64,000 bases of DNA from Betaproteobacteria bacterium. GTDB taxonomy: Bacteria; Pseudomonadota; Gammaproteobacteria; Burkholderiales; JAEUOS01. The translations under genes and the position numbers were made by a program. Position 1 is the stretch's first letter. The number at the start of each line of letters is the position of its first letter. The notes under the pieces are model-generated. The model had not been told where the DNA came from and searched no databases. It saw nothing but the letters and a program-made list of their open reading frames with translations. Positions 7,890 to 17,731 of the stretch are shown piece by piece. Location: NCBI GenBank assembly GCA_028292405.1, contig JAQGMJ010000028.1, positions 48,676 to 112,675 of the forward strand, written 5' to 3'.

Positions 7890-10595
7890 TCAGGCATTCT
7901 CGTCGATTTCCGGCAGCACCGGCGGTGTGCCCAGCGGCAGGCTGAAGCAGAAGCGCGCGCCGGTGGTGTATGAAGTGTCGACCCAGATGCGGCCGTGATG
8001 CGCCTGGACGATGGCGCGGCAGATCGCCAGGCCGAGGCCGATGCCGGGGGTGGCGGACTCGCGCTCGCCGCGGGTGAACTTTTCGAAAATGGCTTCTTCC
8101 TGGCCGGGCGGCACGCCGGGACCGGCGTCGCTGACGCTGACCACCGCTTCCGCGCCGACGACGCGCGCGGCGATGATGATCTCCGGCGCCTGCGGCGCGT
8201 ACTTGGCGGCATTCTCCAGCAGGTTGCCGAGTACGCGCTCGATCAGCACGGCGTCAAAGCGCAGCAGCGGCAATTCGCGCGGCAGGTCGGTGCGCACCAC
8301 GTGCTTGACTAGCGCGGCGCGGCTCGCCTGCAAGGCGCTGCCGACCACTTCCTCGACCGGCTGCCATTGCAGGTTGAGGCGTATCTCGCCGCTCTGGATG
8401 CGCGCCATGTCGAGCAGGTTGGCGACCAGGGCGTTCATCCGCCGCGCTTCGGCGCGCATTGCTTCGGCGATCTCAAGTTGCTCGGCGTCAAGCGGCGGCT
8501 GGGTCAGCGCCAGGGTATCGGCCAGGCCGTAGAGCGCGGCCAGCGGGGTGCGCAGATCGTGCGACATGGCCGACAGCAGCGAATTGCGCAGGCGCTCGGA
8601 TTCGATTTTTACCGTCGCGCCTTGCGCGACTTCGACGTAGTGCACGCGCTCAAGCGCAAGCGCCACCAGGGCGGCAAAGGTGTCGAGCTGGCGGCGCTGC
8701 TCGGGGATCATCAGAATGCGCCGGCTCGCCGGCTTGAGTGCCAGCACGCCGCGGGTGCGCATCGCCGCCTTCAGCGGCAGGTAGAGGTAGGCGCTGCCCG
8801 GCAGGGTGCCGGTGGTAAGGCCCGCGGGCTGAGCGCGGTCGAACGCCCATTGCGCGGTGGCGGCGTCCAGGCCCACTCCTTCTTCCTGTTGCGGCAGATG
8901 CAATTGCTCGTCCATGCCCAGCACGTAGAGCGCGACATCGGCGCGGAATTCGCGGGCCAGGGCGGCGCGCCCGAGTTCCACCACTTGCCCGGCCTCCAGC
9001 GCAGAGGAGAGGTCGCGCGCCAGCTCGAACAGGGCGCGCGAGCGCTGCTCGCGGTGCGCGGCGACCCGCGCCTGGAACTTGAGGCCGGCGGTGAGCTGGC
9101 CGGTGATCAGGCCGACGGCCAGCATCACCGCGAAAGTGAGCAGGTACTGCACGTCGGTAATGGCCAGCGAGTAGCGTGGCGGCACAAAACAAAAGTCAAA
9201 GGCGGCGACGCTGGCGAAAGCCGCCAGCACCGCCGGGCCGCGGCCGAAGCGCAAGGCCACCAGCACCACCGCCAGCAGGAACAGCATGACGATGTTGGCA
9301 AGGTCGAAATACGGCAGCAGCGGCGTGGCGATCAGCGCGGTGAGGACGCAGGCGGCCACTGCCCAGGCGTAGCCGCGCCACGCGTCGCCGCCGCCCTCGC
9401 CATCCTCTTCGGCGGCAATTGCAGGCGCGCCTTGCGCCCGTGCCTCGCCGCGCGCGATCTCGATCAGGTCCACATCCGGCGCGCGCGCCGCGATGCGCGC
9501 GCCCTGGCGCTGCGACCACGGCCAGGCCGCGCCGGCGCCGCGGCCGACCACCAGGGTGGAAAGATTGCGCGCGCGGGCATAGTCCACCAGGGTGGCGGCG
9601 ACGTCGTTGCCGGGCAGCACGGCGGTGACGGCGCCGAGTTCCTGCGCCAGGCGCACGGTGGCGAGAATATGCTCGCGCGCGGCCGGCGCCAGGCGCTGCA
9701 GCGCCGGTGTTTCGACATAGACCGCGTGCCAGGAAACATTGAGTTGCTGCGCCAGGCGCGAGGCGGCGCGCACCAGGCGCTCGCCTTCCTCGCCGGGGCC
9801 GATGCAGCAGAGCAGCGCGCCTTCGGTTTTCCAGACGCGGTCGATGGCGTTTTCGACGCGATAGGCCTGCACGTCGCCCTCGACCCGGTCGGCGGTGCGG
9901 CGCAGGGCCAGTTCGCGCAGGGCCATCAGGTTGCCCTTGCGGAAAAAATTCTTCGCGGCGTGTTCGGCCTGCGCCGGCAGGTACACTTTTCCCAACTTGA
10001 GACGGGTCAACAGCTCATCGGCGGGAATGTCGACCAGCAACACCTCATCCGCGGCATCGAAAAAAGTGTCGGGCAAGGTTTCGGCCACGCGCACGCCGGT
10101 GATGCCGCCGACCACATCGTTCAGGCTTTCGAGGTGCTGCACATTCAGCGTGGAATAGACGTCGATGCCGGCGTCCAGCAATTCGGCCACGTCCTGCCAG
10201 CGCTTGGGGTGGCGCGCGCCGGGCGCGTTGGTGTGGGCCAGTTCGTCCACCAGGATCAGCGGCGGGCGTCGCTTCAAGGCGCCGTCGAGGTCGAACTCCT
10301 GCAGGCTGCGGCCGCGATAGTCGATTTGCGCGGGCGGGAGGATTTCCAGGTCTTGCAGCAGGGCCGCGGTCTCGCTGCGGCCGTGGGTCTCGATCACGCC
10401 GATGAGCACACCCTCGCCTTCGGCGTGGCGCTTTTGCGCGGCGGCGAGCATGGCGTAGGTCTTGCCGACGCCGGCGGAGGAACCGAAGTAGATGCGCAGG
10501 TGGCCGCGCCCGGCATGCGCCTCGCCGCGCCGCAGGCGTTCGAGCAAGGCGTCCGGATCGGGACGCTGGGCGTGACGCTCAATCAGGGCCGGCAT
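7890..10595 (-). CDS. kdpD: Sensor histidine kinase KdpD
   Basis: RPDPDALL, GVGKTYAML, VDELAHTN, KRWQDV, Usp domain, four TM segments, GAF, SHDLRTPL, HATPase. Confidence 0.96.
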   Translation of the reverse strand: MPALIERHAQRPDPDALLERLRRGEAHAGRGHLRIYFGSSAGVGKTYAMLAAAQKRHAEGEGVLIGVIETHGRSETAALLQDLEILPPAQIDYRGRSLQEFDLDGALKRRPPLILVDELAHTNAPGARHPKRWQDVAELLDAGIDVYSTLNVQHLESLNDVVGGITGVRVAETLPDTFFDAADEVLLVDIPADELLTRLKLGKVYLPAQAEHAAKNFFRKGNLMALRELALRRTADRVEGDVQAYRVENAIDRVWKTEGALLCCIGPGEEGERLVRAASRLAQQLNVSWHAVYVETPALQRLAPAAREHILATVRLAQELGAVTAVLPGNDVAATLVDYARARNLSTLVVGRGAGAAWPWSQRQGARIAARAPDVDLIEIARGEARAQGAPAIAAEEDGEGGGDAWRGYAWAVAACVLTALIATPLLPYFDLANIVMLFLLAVVLVALRFGRGPAVLAAFASVAAFDFCFVPPRYSLAITDVQYLLTFAVMLAVGLITGQLTAGLKFQARVAAHREQRSRALFELARDLSSALEAGQVVELGRAALAREFRADVALYVLGMDEQLHLPQQEEGVGLDAATAQWAFDRAQPAGLTTGTLPGSAYLYLPLKAAMRTRGVLALKPASRRILMIPEQRRQLDTFAALVALALERVHYVEVAQGATVKIESERLRNSLLSAMSHDLRTPLAALYGLADTLALTQPPLDAEQLEIAEAMRAEARRMNALVANLLDMARIQSGEIRLNLQWQPVEEVVGSALQASRAALVKHVVRTDLPRELPLLRFDAVLIERVLGNLLENAAKYAPQAPEIIIAARVVGAEAVVSVSDAGPGVPPGQEEAIFEKFTRGERESATPGIGLGLAICRAIVQAHHGRIWVDTSYTTGARFCFSLPLGTPPVLPEIDENA

Positions 10596-10617
10596 GCGCC
10601 ATTATTTCACGTCCCAC

Positions 10618-10800
10618 TCAATGCCCGTCGTGGTCGAACAGGCAGGGCATTTTCACCGGGTGGGCGGTGCAGCGGGCGGGGGTCGCCGTGGAAGCCACGG
10701 TGGAGGAAGCCGGTTGCGCCGGTTCGGGCTGCAACACGGTAGCGCGCAGGAGCGCGCCGACCAGCAGGCCACCGACGAAAGCAATTATCCGCTTGCTCAT
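10618..10800 (-). CDS. Small (60 aa) membrane-anchored or exported hypothetical protein upstream of kdpD
   Basis: GGAGG RBS. MSKR followed by the hydrophobic stretch IIAFVGGLLVGALL, a Pro/Ala/Thr linker and a C-terminal C..H....C..DHDGH. Ends 22 bp before kdpD. Confidence 0.65.
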   Translation of the reverse strand: MSKRIIAFVGGLLVGALLRATVLQPEPAQPASSTVASTATPARCTAHPVKMPCLFDHDGH

Positions 10801-10849
10801 ATCCACCTCCACATCCACAGGCAATACGCCCTGCCGTTACGAAGACCCC

Positions 10850-10914
10850 ACTATAGGAAATAGCGCGTCAAATTGGCATCAAGAGCGGCAGGCCGAGCGT
10901 AAAGATTCCGTAAA
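10850..10914 (-). promoter_or_regulatory. Tandem KdpE-type boxes plus -10 element
   Basis: Minus strand reads TTTACG-N5-TTTACG (10914-10898), TTGATG-N5-TTGACG (10882-10866) and TATAGT (10855-10850). The 11-bp periodicity resembles the TTTA-based KdpE site of E. coli kdpF. Confidence 0.65.
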
Positions 10915-10947
10915 GGGCGATGCAAAGGCTTTCGGCCGTCTATTTTT

Positions 10948-11003
10948 AATAAGAATTATTCGCATTGACAGACGCGCAGTTTATGGTAATAATTCTCATT
11001 ACC
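10948..11003 (+). promoter_or_regulatory. Fur box(es) overlapping a sigma-70 promoter
   Basis: GGTAATAATTCTCATTACC (10985-11003) matches GATAATGATAATCATTATC at 14/19. A second Fur-like AT tract lies at 10948-10966. TTGACA at 10965-10970. Confidence 0.85.
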
Positions 11004-11040
11004 GGGCAACCGCGCAACGGCCTCCCAAGGCCAGGGACAG

Positions 11041-11244
11041 ATGATGCAGACGATGAGCGCCAAGCATGCAGGGCAGAAGACTCCCTCCGTTTCGACGGTG
11101 CACGCCGACCATTCCACCAGCCCAGCGGTGAGCCTGACGACGGAACAGCTGTTTGCCGGCGCGCGCGAAATCGCACTGTTGCACAACGGCCGGCAATACC
11201 GGCTGCGCATCACCCAGCAGGGCAAGCTGCTGCTGACTGCCTGA
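11041..11244 (+). CDS. hemP: Hemin uptake protein HemP/HmuP
   Basis: EQLFAGAREIALLHNGRQYRLRITQQGKLLLT signature, with a Fur box upstream. Confidence 0.92.
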   Translation: MMQTMSAKHAGQKTPSVSTVHADHSTSPAVSLTTEQLFAGAREIALLHNGRQYRLRITQQGKLLLTA

Positions 11245-11260
11245 GTTTAAAGACCCGCCC

Positions 11261-12655
11261 TTAGTGCGGCGGCACCAGCAGGGCGGCAAGCGCCCTGCCG
11301 TCGGCAATTTTTTCCAGCTCCCACACGGCCGCGCAGAGTTCGGCCGAACGCGTGGCGCCCAGCACGGGCGCCAGCAGTTCCCGGCATTTGTCTTCCAGCT
11401 CGTCGCGGGTCATCGGATTGGGCGGCGTGCCGCGTACGGCGCGCGTGTGTTCCCTCAAAGTGCTGCCGTCTTCCAGCGTGACCGTGACGATGCCCTGGCG
11501 CACCGGCATGGCGCGCGAGAGTTCGTCGTCCCCCACCAGGGTCATGCGTTCGCGTACGGCGAGCACCGCCGGATCCTGCATGCGCGGGCGGTCGTGGGCG
11601 GAGGCGAAGCTCATGCGGCCATCGACCAGCAGCGTTGATAGCAGATGCTGCAGGCAGATCTCCGGCATCTCGCGGTTATCGACGATGGTGTAGGACTCGT
11701 GCGGGATGCGCACCTCGATCGCCTGCACCTGCTCCGCCTTCAGTTGATGGGTACGCACCAGCAGGTCCAGCGCGTCCAGCGGCGCCTGGATCGGCGAGCC
11801 GACCGTCCAGCGCTTGATGCTGGTGTCGAGGATTTCGTAGCGGGTGCCGAGTTCGCGGCCGAGTGCGCCGCGATCCGGCGCGGCGCCGTAGGCATCGTAA
11901 AAGCAGCGCTCGCCGGAGAACACGTCTTCCACCCCGGTGAAGCCGGCGTGCACCATCACCGCTGCCGTCATGCCGTTGCGCGCGGCCATGCCGCCGAAGT
12001 CGAAGGCTTTTTCGATGTGGTCGCGGTCGCGCATCCAGCACGACACGCCGGAGGCCTGCTGCGCGGCGTAGGACATGAGGTAGCGCGCTTGCACGGCATC
12101 GACGCCGGCGAGCGCGCCGGCAGCGGCGGCGGCGCCGAAGTTGGGGCCGAAGGTGTGGGTGGAGTGGCCGGCGGCGCGAAAGGGGTAGGGGTCGAGCGAG
12201 AGCGTGAGGCGGCAGCAGATGTCGTACCCCAGCGTGAGGGCGCGCAGCATCGCGCTGCCGCTGGCACCGTAGAGTTCAGTGGCGGCAAGCACCGCGGGGA
12301 CGATGCCGCAGCCGGGGTGGGTGAGCGAGGCGGCGTGCGAATCGTCGGTCTCATCCGCATGGCTGAACATGCCGTTGGCCAGCGCGGCGTTGATCGCGGT
12401 GCTCTTGAGGCGCGTGCCGGCGATGGTGGCTTGCGGCGCGGACTGGCCTTGCGCCTCGATGAAGGCGATGGCTTTTTGCCCGGCCAGGAGCTGCGAGCCG
12501 GAGACAATCGCGGCGAGCGTGTCGAGCAATTGGAACCTGGCTTTTTCGAGTACGGCTTCGGGCAGCGGCAGGCGCAGCGCCTGCGCGATGTAGGCGGAGA
12601 GCGCCGGCATCGGCGATTCAGTGGTGGCGGTGCTCGTGGATTTGGTATTGCTCAT
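11261..12655 (-). CDS. MmgE/PrpD family protein
   Basis: AALANGMFSHADETDDSH, THPG, GFTG, RGTPPNPM. Confidence 0.93.
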   Translation of the reverse strand: MSNTKSTSTATTESPMPALSAYIAQALRLPLPEAVLEKARFQLLDTLAAIVSGSQLLAGQKAIAFIEAQGQSAPQATIAGTRLKSTAINAALANGMFSHADETDDSHAASLTHPGCGIVPAVLAATELYGASGSAMLRALTLGYDICCRLTLSLDPYPFRAAGHSTHTFGPNFGAAAAAGALAGVDAVQARYLMSYAAQQASGVSCWMRDRDHIEKAFDFGGMAARNGMTAAVMVHAGFTGVEDVFSGERCFYDAYGAAPDRGALGRELGTRYEILDTSIKRWTVGSPIQAPLDALDLLVRTHQLKAEQVQAIEVRIPHESYTIVDNREMPEICLQHLLSTLLVDGRMSFASAHDRPRMQDPAVLAVRERMTLVGDDELSRAMPVRQGIVTVTLEDGSTLREHTRAVRGTPPNPMTRDELEDKCRELLAPVLGATRSAELCAAVWELEKIADGRALAALLVPPH

Positions 12656-12663
12656 TGATGTTC

Positions 12664-13656
12664 CTAGTCGGCCTTGACCTTGGCGCGGCGAATCACTTCG
12701 GCCCAGCGTTTGGCGTCGGCATTCAACAGGTCTTCGGCTTCTTTCGCCCCGCCGCTGGAAGGCTCCATGTCGTAGCCGGCGAGCTGCTGGCGCATGGCAT
12801 CGGAGGCGACCGCCTTTTGCGCGGCGGCCTGCAATTTTCGCAGCGCCTCGGGAGGGGTTTTGGCGGGCGCGAAAAAGCCGTACCAGCCGGAGACGGCGTA
12901 GTCGCGCACGCCGGCTTCGGCCAGCGTGGGGACGTTGGGCAAGGCTTGCGCGCGCGTCGCGGTGGAGACAGCGATCGGGCGGATGCGCTTGGCTTCGATC
13001 ATCGGCTTCAACTCTGAGACGGAGCCGAACATCATTTCGACTTCGCCGCCGATCAGCGCGGTCATCGCCGGACCGGCGCCCTTGTACGGCACGTGCACCA
13101 GGTCCACGCCGGCATCGGTCTTGAACAGTTCGGCGGCGAGGTGGATGGCCGAGCCGGAACCGGCGGAGGCGTAGTTGTACTTGCCGGGGCTGGCCTTGGC
13201 GAGGGTGATGAATTCGCCGATGGTTTTCGCGGGGAAGTCGCTCTTCACCGCGACGATGTAAGCCGAGCGGCCGATCAACCCGACAGCGGCGAACTGGCCG
13301 GTGCTGATGCCCGATTTGGGATAGAGCGCGGGCGCGGAGGCCAGCGCGATATTGCCCAGCAACAAGGTGTAGCCGTCGGCCGGCGCGTTGGCGGCGCCGA
13401 GGATGCCGACGGTGCCGCCGGAGCCGGGCCGGTTGTCGATCACCACCGCCTGGCCGAGCGCATTGCCGAATTCGCCGGCCGCCAGGCGGGCGATGCCGTC
13501 GACCGCGCCGCCGGTGGCGAAGGGGACGATCAGGCGCAAGGGATGATCGGGGAAGTCGGCGTGGGCACGGCCGGAGAGCAGCGCGGCCAGCATCAGGGCG
13601 GCCGCAGGCAAGGCGGCGAGGCGCGGCGAACGCGTACGCCGCGCGGCAGCAAGCAT
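12664..13656 (-). CDS. Bug/TctC substrate-binding protein
   Basis: FPDHPLRLIVPFATGGAVD, ADGYTLL, HVPYKGAGPA. Confidence 0.93.
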   Translation of the reverse strand: MLAAARRTRSPRLAALPAAALMLAALLSGRAHADFPDHPLRLIVPFATGGAVDGIARLAAGEFGNALGQAVVIDNRPGSGGTVGILGAANAPADGYTLLLGNIALASAPALYPKSGISTGQFAAVGLIGRSAYIVAVKSDFPAKTIGEFITLAKASPGKYNYASAGSGSAIHLAAELFKTDAGVDLVHVPYKGAGPAMTALIGGEVEMMFGSVSELKPMIEAKRIRPIAVSTATRAQALPNVPTLAEAGVRDYAVSGWYGFFAPAKTPPEALRKLQAAAQKAVASDAMRQQLAGYDMEPSSGGAKEAEDLLNADAKRWAEVIRRAKVKAD

Positions 13657-13758
13657 ATTCAAGACTTTGTCTCCTGTGTTGTTGTCCCCGGACTTTACGC
13701 TGCCGGGCGGGGCATCGCCGTTACTACACAGGATTAGCCATTCATGGCCCGGCGGCCC

Positions 13759-14547
13759 TCAGCCGGCGCCACCCGCCTTGGCCTGCGCGGCTTCGCGCAG
13801 GCGCCGCATCAATTCGGCGCCGTGGTCGGAGATGTGGCGCTTGAGCACCGCCTGGGCGGCGGGCGCGTCGTGGCGGCCGCAGGCCGCGACCATCTCGCGG
13901 TGTTCTTCCAGCACGTCGGCCCACTCCTGCAGGTTCTTCTCGATCTGTTCCTTGCGGGAGCCGAAGGCGGGATTTTCCTCACCGCCTGAAGTAGCGATAC
14001 GCACCCGCAGATGGCGCGCGAACAACTGGTGCAGGTTTTCAATCGTCGCCAGCAGGCGCGGCCGGTTCGCCGGCGCATACAGCCGACGGTGGAATTCCCA
14101 GTTGAGGTCGCCCCAGCGCGATTCGAATTCCTTTTGCAGGTCCGGCGTTTTTGAAGAGCGCATTTCCGCCGCGGCCTGATCCACAATTTCCATCGCGGCC
14201 AGCGCATCTTTCGGACCGAACCTGGCCGCGGCCAGTTCGATGGCCAGCGACTCCAGCGAAAAGCGCATTTCGAGAATCTCCTCGAAATCGTCCGCCGACA
14301 GCATGGTGACGACCACGCCGCGCCGCGGCTGGGTTTCCACCAGGCCCTCGCCTTCCAGCTTGAGCAAGGCTTCACGCACCGGGACGCGGCTAACGCCGAA
14401 TTTTTTCGCCAACTCTTCCTGGCGCAATATCGAACCGCCCGCAAGCGCGCCGTTGAGGATAGCCTGCCGCAATACGCGGGTGACCGACTCCACGGCGGTG
14501 GGCGGCGCCTGGCGCGGGAATTCAGAAAGAAAGCTGTCTAGATCCAT
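13759..14547 (-). CDS. GntR/FCD-family regulator
   Basis: LRQEELAKKFGVSRVPVREAL and the FCD motif NWEFHRRLY. Confidence 0.93.
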   Translation of the reverse strand: MDLDSFLSEFPRQAPPTAVESVTRVLRQAILNGALAGGSILRQEELAKKFGVSRVPVREALLKLEGEGLVETQPRRGVVVTMLSADDFEEILEMRFSLESLAIELAAARFGPKDALAAMEIVDQAAAEMRSSKTPDLQKEFESRWGDLNWEFHRRLYAPANRPRLLATIENLHQLFARHLRVRIATSGGEENPAFGSRKEQIEKNLQEWADVLEEHREMVAACGRHDAPAAQAVLKRHISDHGAELMRRLREAAQAKAGGAG

Positions 14548-14579
14548 GATGTTCTTGCGGCTGTTTTGCGCATTTTAAC

Positions 14580-14656
14580 TTGACGTGGCGTCGCTGATCA
14601 TATTTAATATATTGCAGAATGTATCCGGTATACAATTTTGAAATGACAAATTTCAA
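14580..14656. promoter_or_regulatory. Divergent promoter region with GntR-like sites
   Basis: AT-rich. TGTAT-N5-ATACA (14620-14634), TTGAAAT-N5-ATTTCAA (14638-14656) and TTGACG at 14580. Confidence 0.55.
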
Positions 14657-14678
14657 GCAATACACTGATGGTAAGCCA

Positions 14679-15638
14679 ATGAATTCAAAGCATTCTACGG
14701 TGGCAGTGGTACAGGCAGCACCGGAGCCGGACAAGCAGGCTGCCATCGAGCGCATCGGGCAACTGTCGCACGAGGCTGCTGCCAAGGGCGCGCAACTGCT
14801 GATGTTTCCGGAAGCTTTTATCGGCGGTTATCCACGCGGCTCGGGCTTCGGCACCGTAGTCGGCCAGCGCACAGATGAGGGGCGGGAAGAATTCCGCCGC
14901 TACTTCGAGGCAGCGATCGACCTGCCCGGGCCGGAGTGCGCGGCCCTGGGTGAGATCGCGGCGCGCGAAAAGCTTTATCTGGTGGTGGGCGTGATCGAGC
15001 GCGATGGCGGCACCCTGTATTGCACCGTGGTGTTTTTCGCGCCCGACGGCGCCTACATGGGCAAGCACCGCAAGCTGATGCCCACCGGGGCGGAACGCCT
15101 GATCTGGGGCTTCGGCGATGGCTCGACCATGCCGGTGTTCGACACGCCGATCGGCAAGCTCGGCGCGGTGATCTGCTGGGAAAACTACATGCCGCTGATG
15201 CGCGCCGCGCATTACGCCAAGGGTATCCAGATCTACTGCGCCCCCACCGCGGACGGCCGCGACACCTGGCTGCCGACGATGCGCCATGTGGCGATGGAGG
15301 GCCGCTGCTTCGTGCTCTCGTGCAACCAGTTTGCGCGCCGCAGCCATTACCCCGAGGCCTTCGGCCCGCTCGCCCCCGGCGAGGAAGACACCATCGTCTC
15401 GCGCGGCGGCAGCTGCATCATCGACCCGATGGGCAAGGTGCTGGCGGGCCCCGAGTTCGACGGTGAAAAGATTCTCTACGCCGACATCGACATCGGCAGC
15501 ATCGCCGGCGGCAAATACGATTTCGACGCCACCGGCCACTACGCCCGACCGGACGTGTTCCGCCTGCTGGTCAACCAGTCGGCCGCGCCGGCGGTGGTGT
15601 TCTCCGATCAAAGCACATTCGAAAGCATCTCAAAGTGA
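14679..15638 (+). CDS. Nitrilase (carbon-nitrogen hydrolase family)
   Basis: E-K-C triad in FPEAF, HRKLMPT and ICWENY; C-terminal DATGHYARPD. Confidence 0.93.
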   Translation: MNSKHSTVAVVQAAPEPDKQAAIERIGQLSHEAAAKGAQLLMFPEAFIGGYPRGSGFGTVVGQRTDEGREEFRRYFEAAIDLPGPECAALGEIAAREKLYLVVGVIERDGGTLYCTVVFFAPDGAYMGKHRKLMPTGAERLIWGFGDGSTMPVFDTPIGKLGAVICWENYMPLMRAAHYAKGIQIYCAPTADGRDTWLPTMRHVAMEGRCFVLSCNQFARRSHYPEAFGPLAPGEEDTIVSRGGSCIIDPMGKVLAGPEFDGEKILYADIDIGSIAGGKYDFDATGHYARPDVFRLLVNQSAAPAVVFSDQSTFESISK

Positions 15639-16735
15639 CGAACCCAAGCAAGACTTATCGCATTGCCGTGATCGCCGGCGACGGCATCGGCAAGGAAGTG
15701 GTGCCGCAGGGCCTGCGCGTGCTGGACGCGGCGGCGGCGAAACACGGCTTCAAGCTGGCTTACGAAGAGTTTCCCTGGAGCTGCGAGTATTACCAGAAGC
15801 ACGGCGAGATGATGCCGGCCGACGGCCTGGCGCGGCTGCGCGCCTTCGACGCGATCTTTCTCGGCGCGGTCGGCTTTCCCGGCGTGCCGGACCATGTTTC
15901 GCTGGGCGGGCTTCTGCTGCCGATCCGACGCGGCTTCCAGCAATACGCCAATGTGCGGCCGGTGCGCCTGATGCCCGGCGTGAAGGCGCCGCTGGCCGGG
16001 CGAGGCGTCGGCGAGATCGATTTCATCGTGGTGCGCGAGAACACCGAGGGCGAGTACTCCTCGATCGGCGGCATGATGAACGAGGGCACCGATGAGGAGG
16101 CCTGCGTGCAGATGTCGACTTTCACCCGCAAGGGGGTGGACCGCATCCTGCGCTATGCCTACGAACTGGCGGCGAAGCGCCCGGCGCACCACGTCACGGC
16201 CGCTACCAAGTCGAACGGCATCGCCATCACCATGCCCTACTGGGACAAGCGGGTGCAGGCGATGGCCGCGCAATACCCGACGGTGCGCACCGACAGCTAT
16301 CACATCGACATCCTCGCCGCGCACTTCGTGCTCAACCCGCAGCGCTTCGACGTGGTGGTGGCCTCCAATCTGTTCGGCGACATCCTCTCCGACCTCGGGC
16401 CGGCCTGCACCGGCACCATCGGCATCGCGCCTTCGGGCAACCTGAATCCGGAACGCGAATATCCTTCGATGTTCGAGCCGGTGCACGGCTCGGCGCCGGA
16501 CATTTACGGGCGCGGCATCGCCAACCCGATCGGCCAGATCTGGTCCGGCGCTATGATGCTGGAGCATCTAGGTGAGACCGCCGCGGCGCAGGACATCGTC
16601 GGCGCGATCGAGGCGGTGCTGCAGGAAGGGCCGCGCACGGCGGACCTGGGCGGCAGCGCCTCGACGGCGGAAGCGGGCCGGGCCATCGCGAAGGCAGTAG
16701 CGGCACAAGATAACAAGAGGAGAGCAGCGGCATGA
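15635..16735 (+). CDS. Tartrate dehydrogenase/decarboxylase (D-malate dehydrogenase family)
   Basis: IAGDGIGKEVV, VPDHVSL, RENTEGEY, TKSNGI, FEPVHGSAPDI. GTGA overlap with the nitrilase. Confidence 0.92.
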   Translation: MTNPSKTYRIAVIAGDGIGKEVVPQGLRVLDAAAAKHGFKLAYEEFPWSCEYYQKHGEMMPADGLARLRAFDAIFLGAVGFPGVPDHVSLGGLLLPIRRGFQQYANVRPVRLMPGVKAPLAGRGVGEIDFIVVRENTEGEYSSIGGMMNEGTDEEACVQMSTFTRKGVDRILRYAYELAAKRPAHHVTAATKSNGIAITMPYWDKRVQAMAAQYPTVRTDSYHIDILAAHFVLNPQRFDVVVASNLFGDILSDLGPACTGTIGIAPSGNLNPEREYPSMFEPVHGSAPDIYGRGIANPIGQIWSGAMMLEHLGETAAAQDIVGAIEAVLQEGPRTADLGGSASTAEAGRAIAKAVAAQDNKRRAAA

Positions 16736-17682
16736 AGATACTGGTATTGGGCGCCGGCGGCATCGGCGGGCTGGTGGGCGGCAGGCTGGCGCAGCATGGC
16801 GCCGACGTGACCTTTCTGGTGCGCGAAAAGCGCCAGGCGCAATTGCAGGCCGATGGATTGCGCATCGAAAGCCCGCAAGGTGATGCGCAGGTGAAGGTGA
16901 AGACCCTGCTGAAATCGCAGGTGGACGCAGACTACGATCTGGTGATGCTCACCGCCAAGGCGTATGACCTGGAAGATGCCATCGACACACTGCGCCCTGC
17001 CCTGGCGGGCAAGGCCGCTATCCTGCCGCTGCTCAACGGCATCGCGCATATCGACATGCTGAACAAGGAATTCGGCGCGGCCCGCGTGCTCGGCGGCACC
17101 GCGCGCATGCAGGTGACGCTCACCCCCGAAGGCGTGGTGCGGCAGCTGAACGACTGGCAGACCATCACCTTCGGCGAGCAGGACGGCAGCGAGTCGGCGC
17201 GCCTGCAGGCCTTCAAGGCGCTGCTGGCGAAGACCGGCATCGAGGCCAAGCTTTCGACCAACATCATGCGCGAGCTCTGGCTCAAGCTGGTGCATCTGGC
17301 CACCGTGGCCAGCGCCACTTGCGCGATGCGCGCCAACATCGGCGAGATCGCGCGCACGCCCGCGGGCACCGGCATGCTGCTGCGCCTGCTGGAGATCAAC
17401 GCGGAAATCGCCGCCCAGGCCGGCCACCGGCCTGACGAGAAATTCCTCCAGACCTACCGCGAGCTATTCGCCACGCTGGATGCGAAATACGAGGCTTCGA
17501 TGCTGCGCGACCTGGAAAAGGGCGGGCGCATCGAGTCGGAGCAGGTGATTGGCTACATGCTGGAACGCTGCCGCGCCGCCGGCCTGCCCGACGAGATGCA
17601 CCTGATGGCCTATACGCACGTCAAGGCTTATGAACAGCGCAGGGACGCCGGGCGGCTGCCGGGCCAACAGGCCGGAAAATAA
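16732..17682 (+). CDS. Ketopantoate reductase (PanE/ApbA) family oxidoreductase
   Basis: MKILVLGAGGIGG, KAYD, LLNG, WLK, ASMLRDL..G.RIE. Confidence 0.92.
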   Translation: MKILVLGAGGIGGLVGGRLAQHGADVTFLVREKRQAQLQADGLRIESPQGDAQVKVKTLLKSQVDADYDLVMLTAKAYDLEDAIDTLRPALAGKAAILPLLNGIAHIDMLNKEFGAARVLGGTARMQVTLTPEGVVRQLNDWQTITFGEQDGSESARLQAFKALLAKTGIEAKLSTNIMRELWLKLVHLATVASATCAMRANIGEIARTPAGTGMLLRLLEINAEIAAQAGHRPDEKFLQTYRELFATLDAKYEASMLRDLEKGGRIESEQVIGYMLERCRAAGLPDEMHLMAYTHVKAYEQRRDAGRLPGQQAGK

Positions 17683-17731
17683 AAACAACGTGGATGGATG
17701 GAGACTTAACCGCGATCTCAAAGGAAAGACC

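Noticed and set aside
8367-10742. 791-aa plus-strand ORF (likewise 20767-22818, 42128-44095, 44171-46903, 53965-56091)
   Set aside because: Antisense to well-supported genes, with no recognisable domains.
10618-10800. Calling the small ORF kdpF
   Set aside because: It is about twice KdpF length and lacks the YL.YAL..PE.F-type C-terminus.
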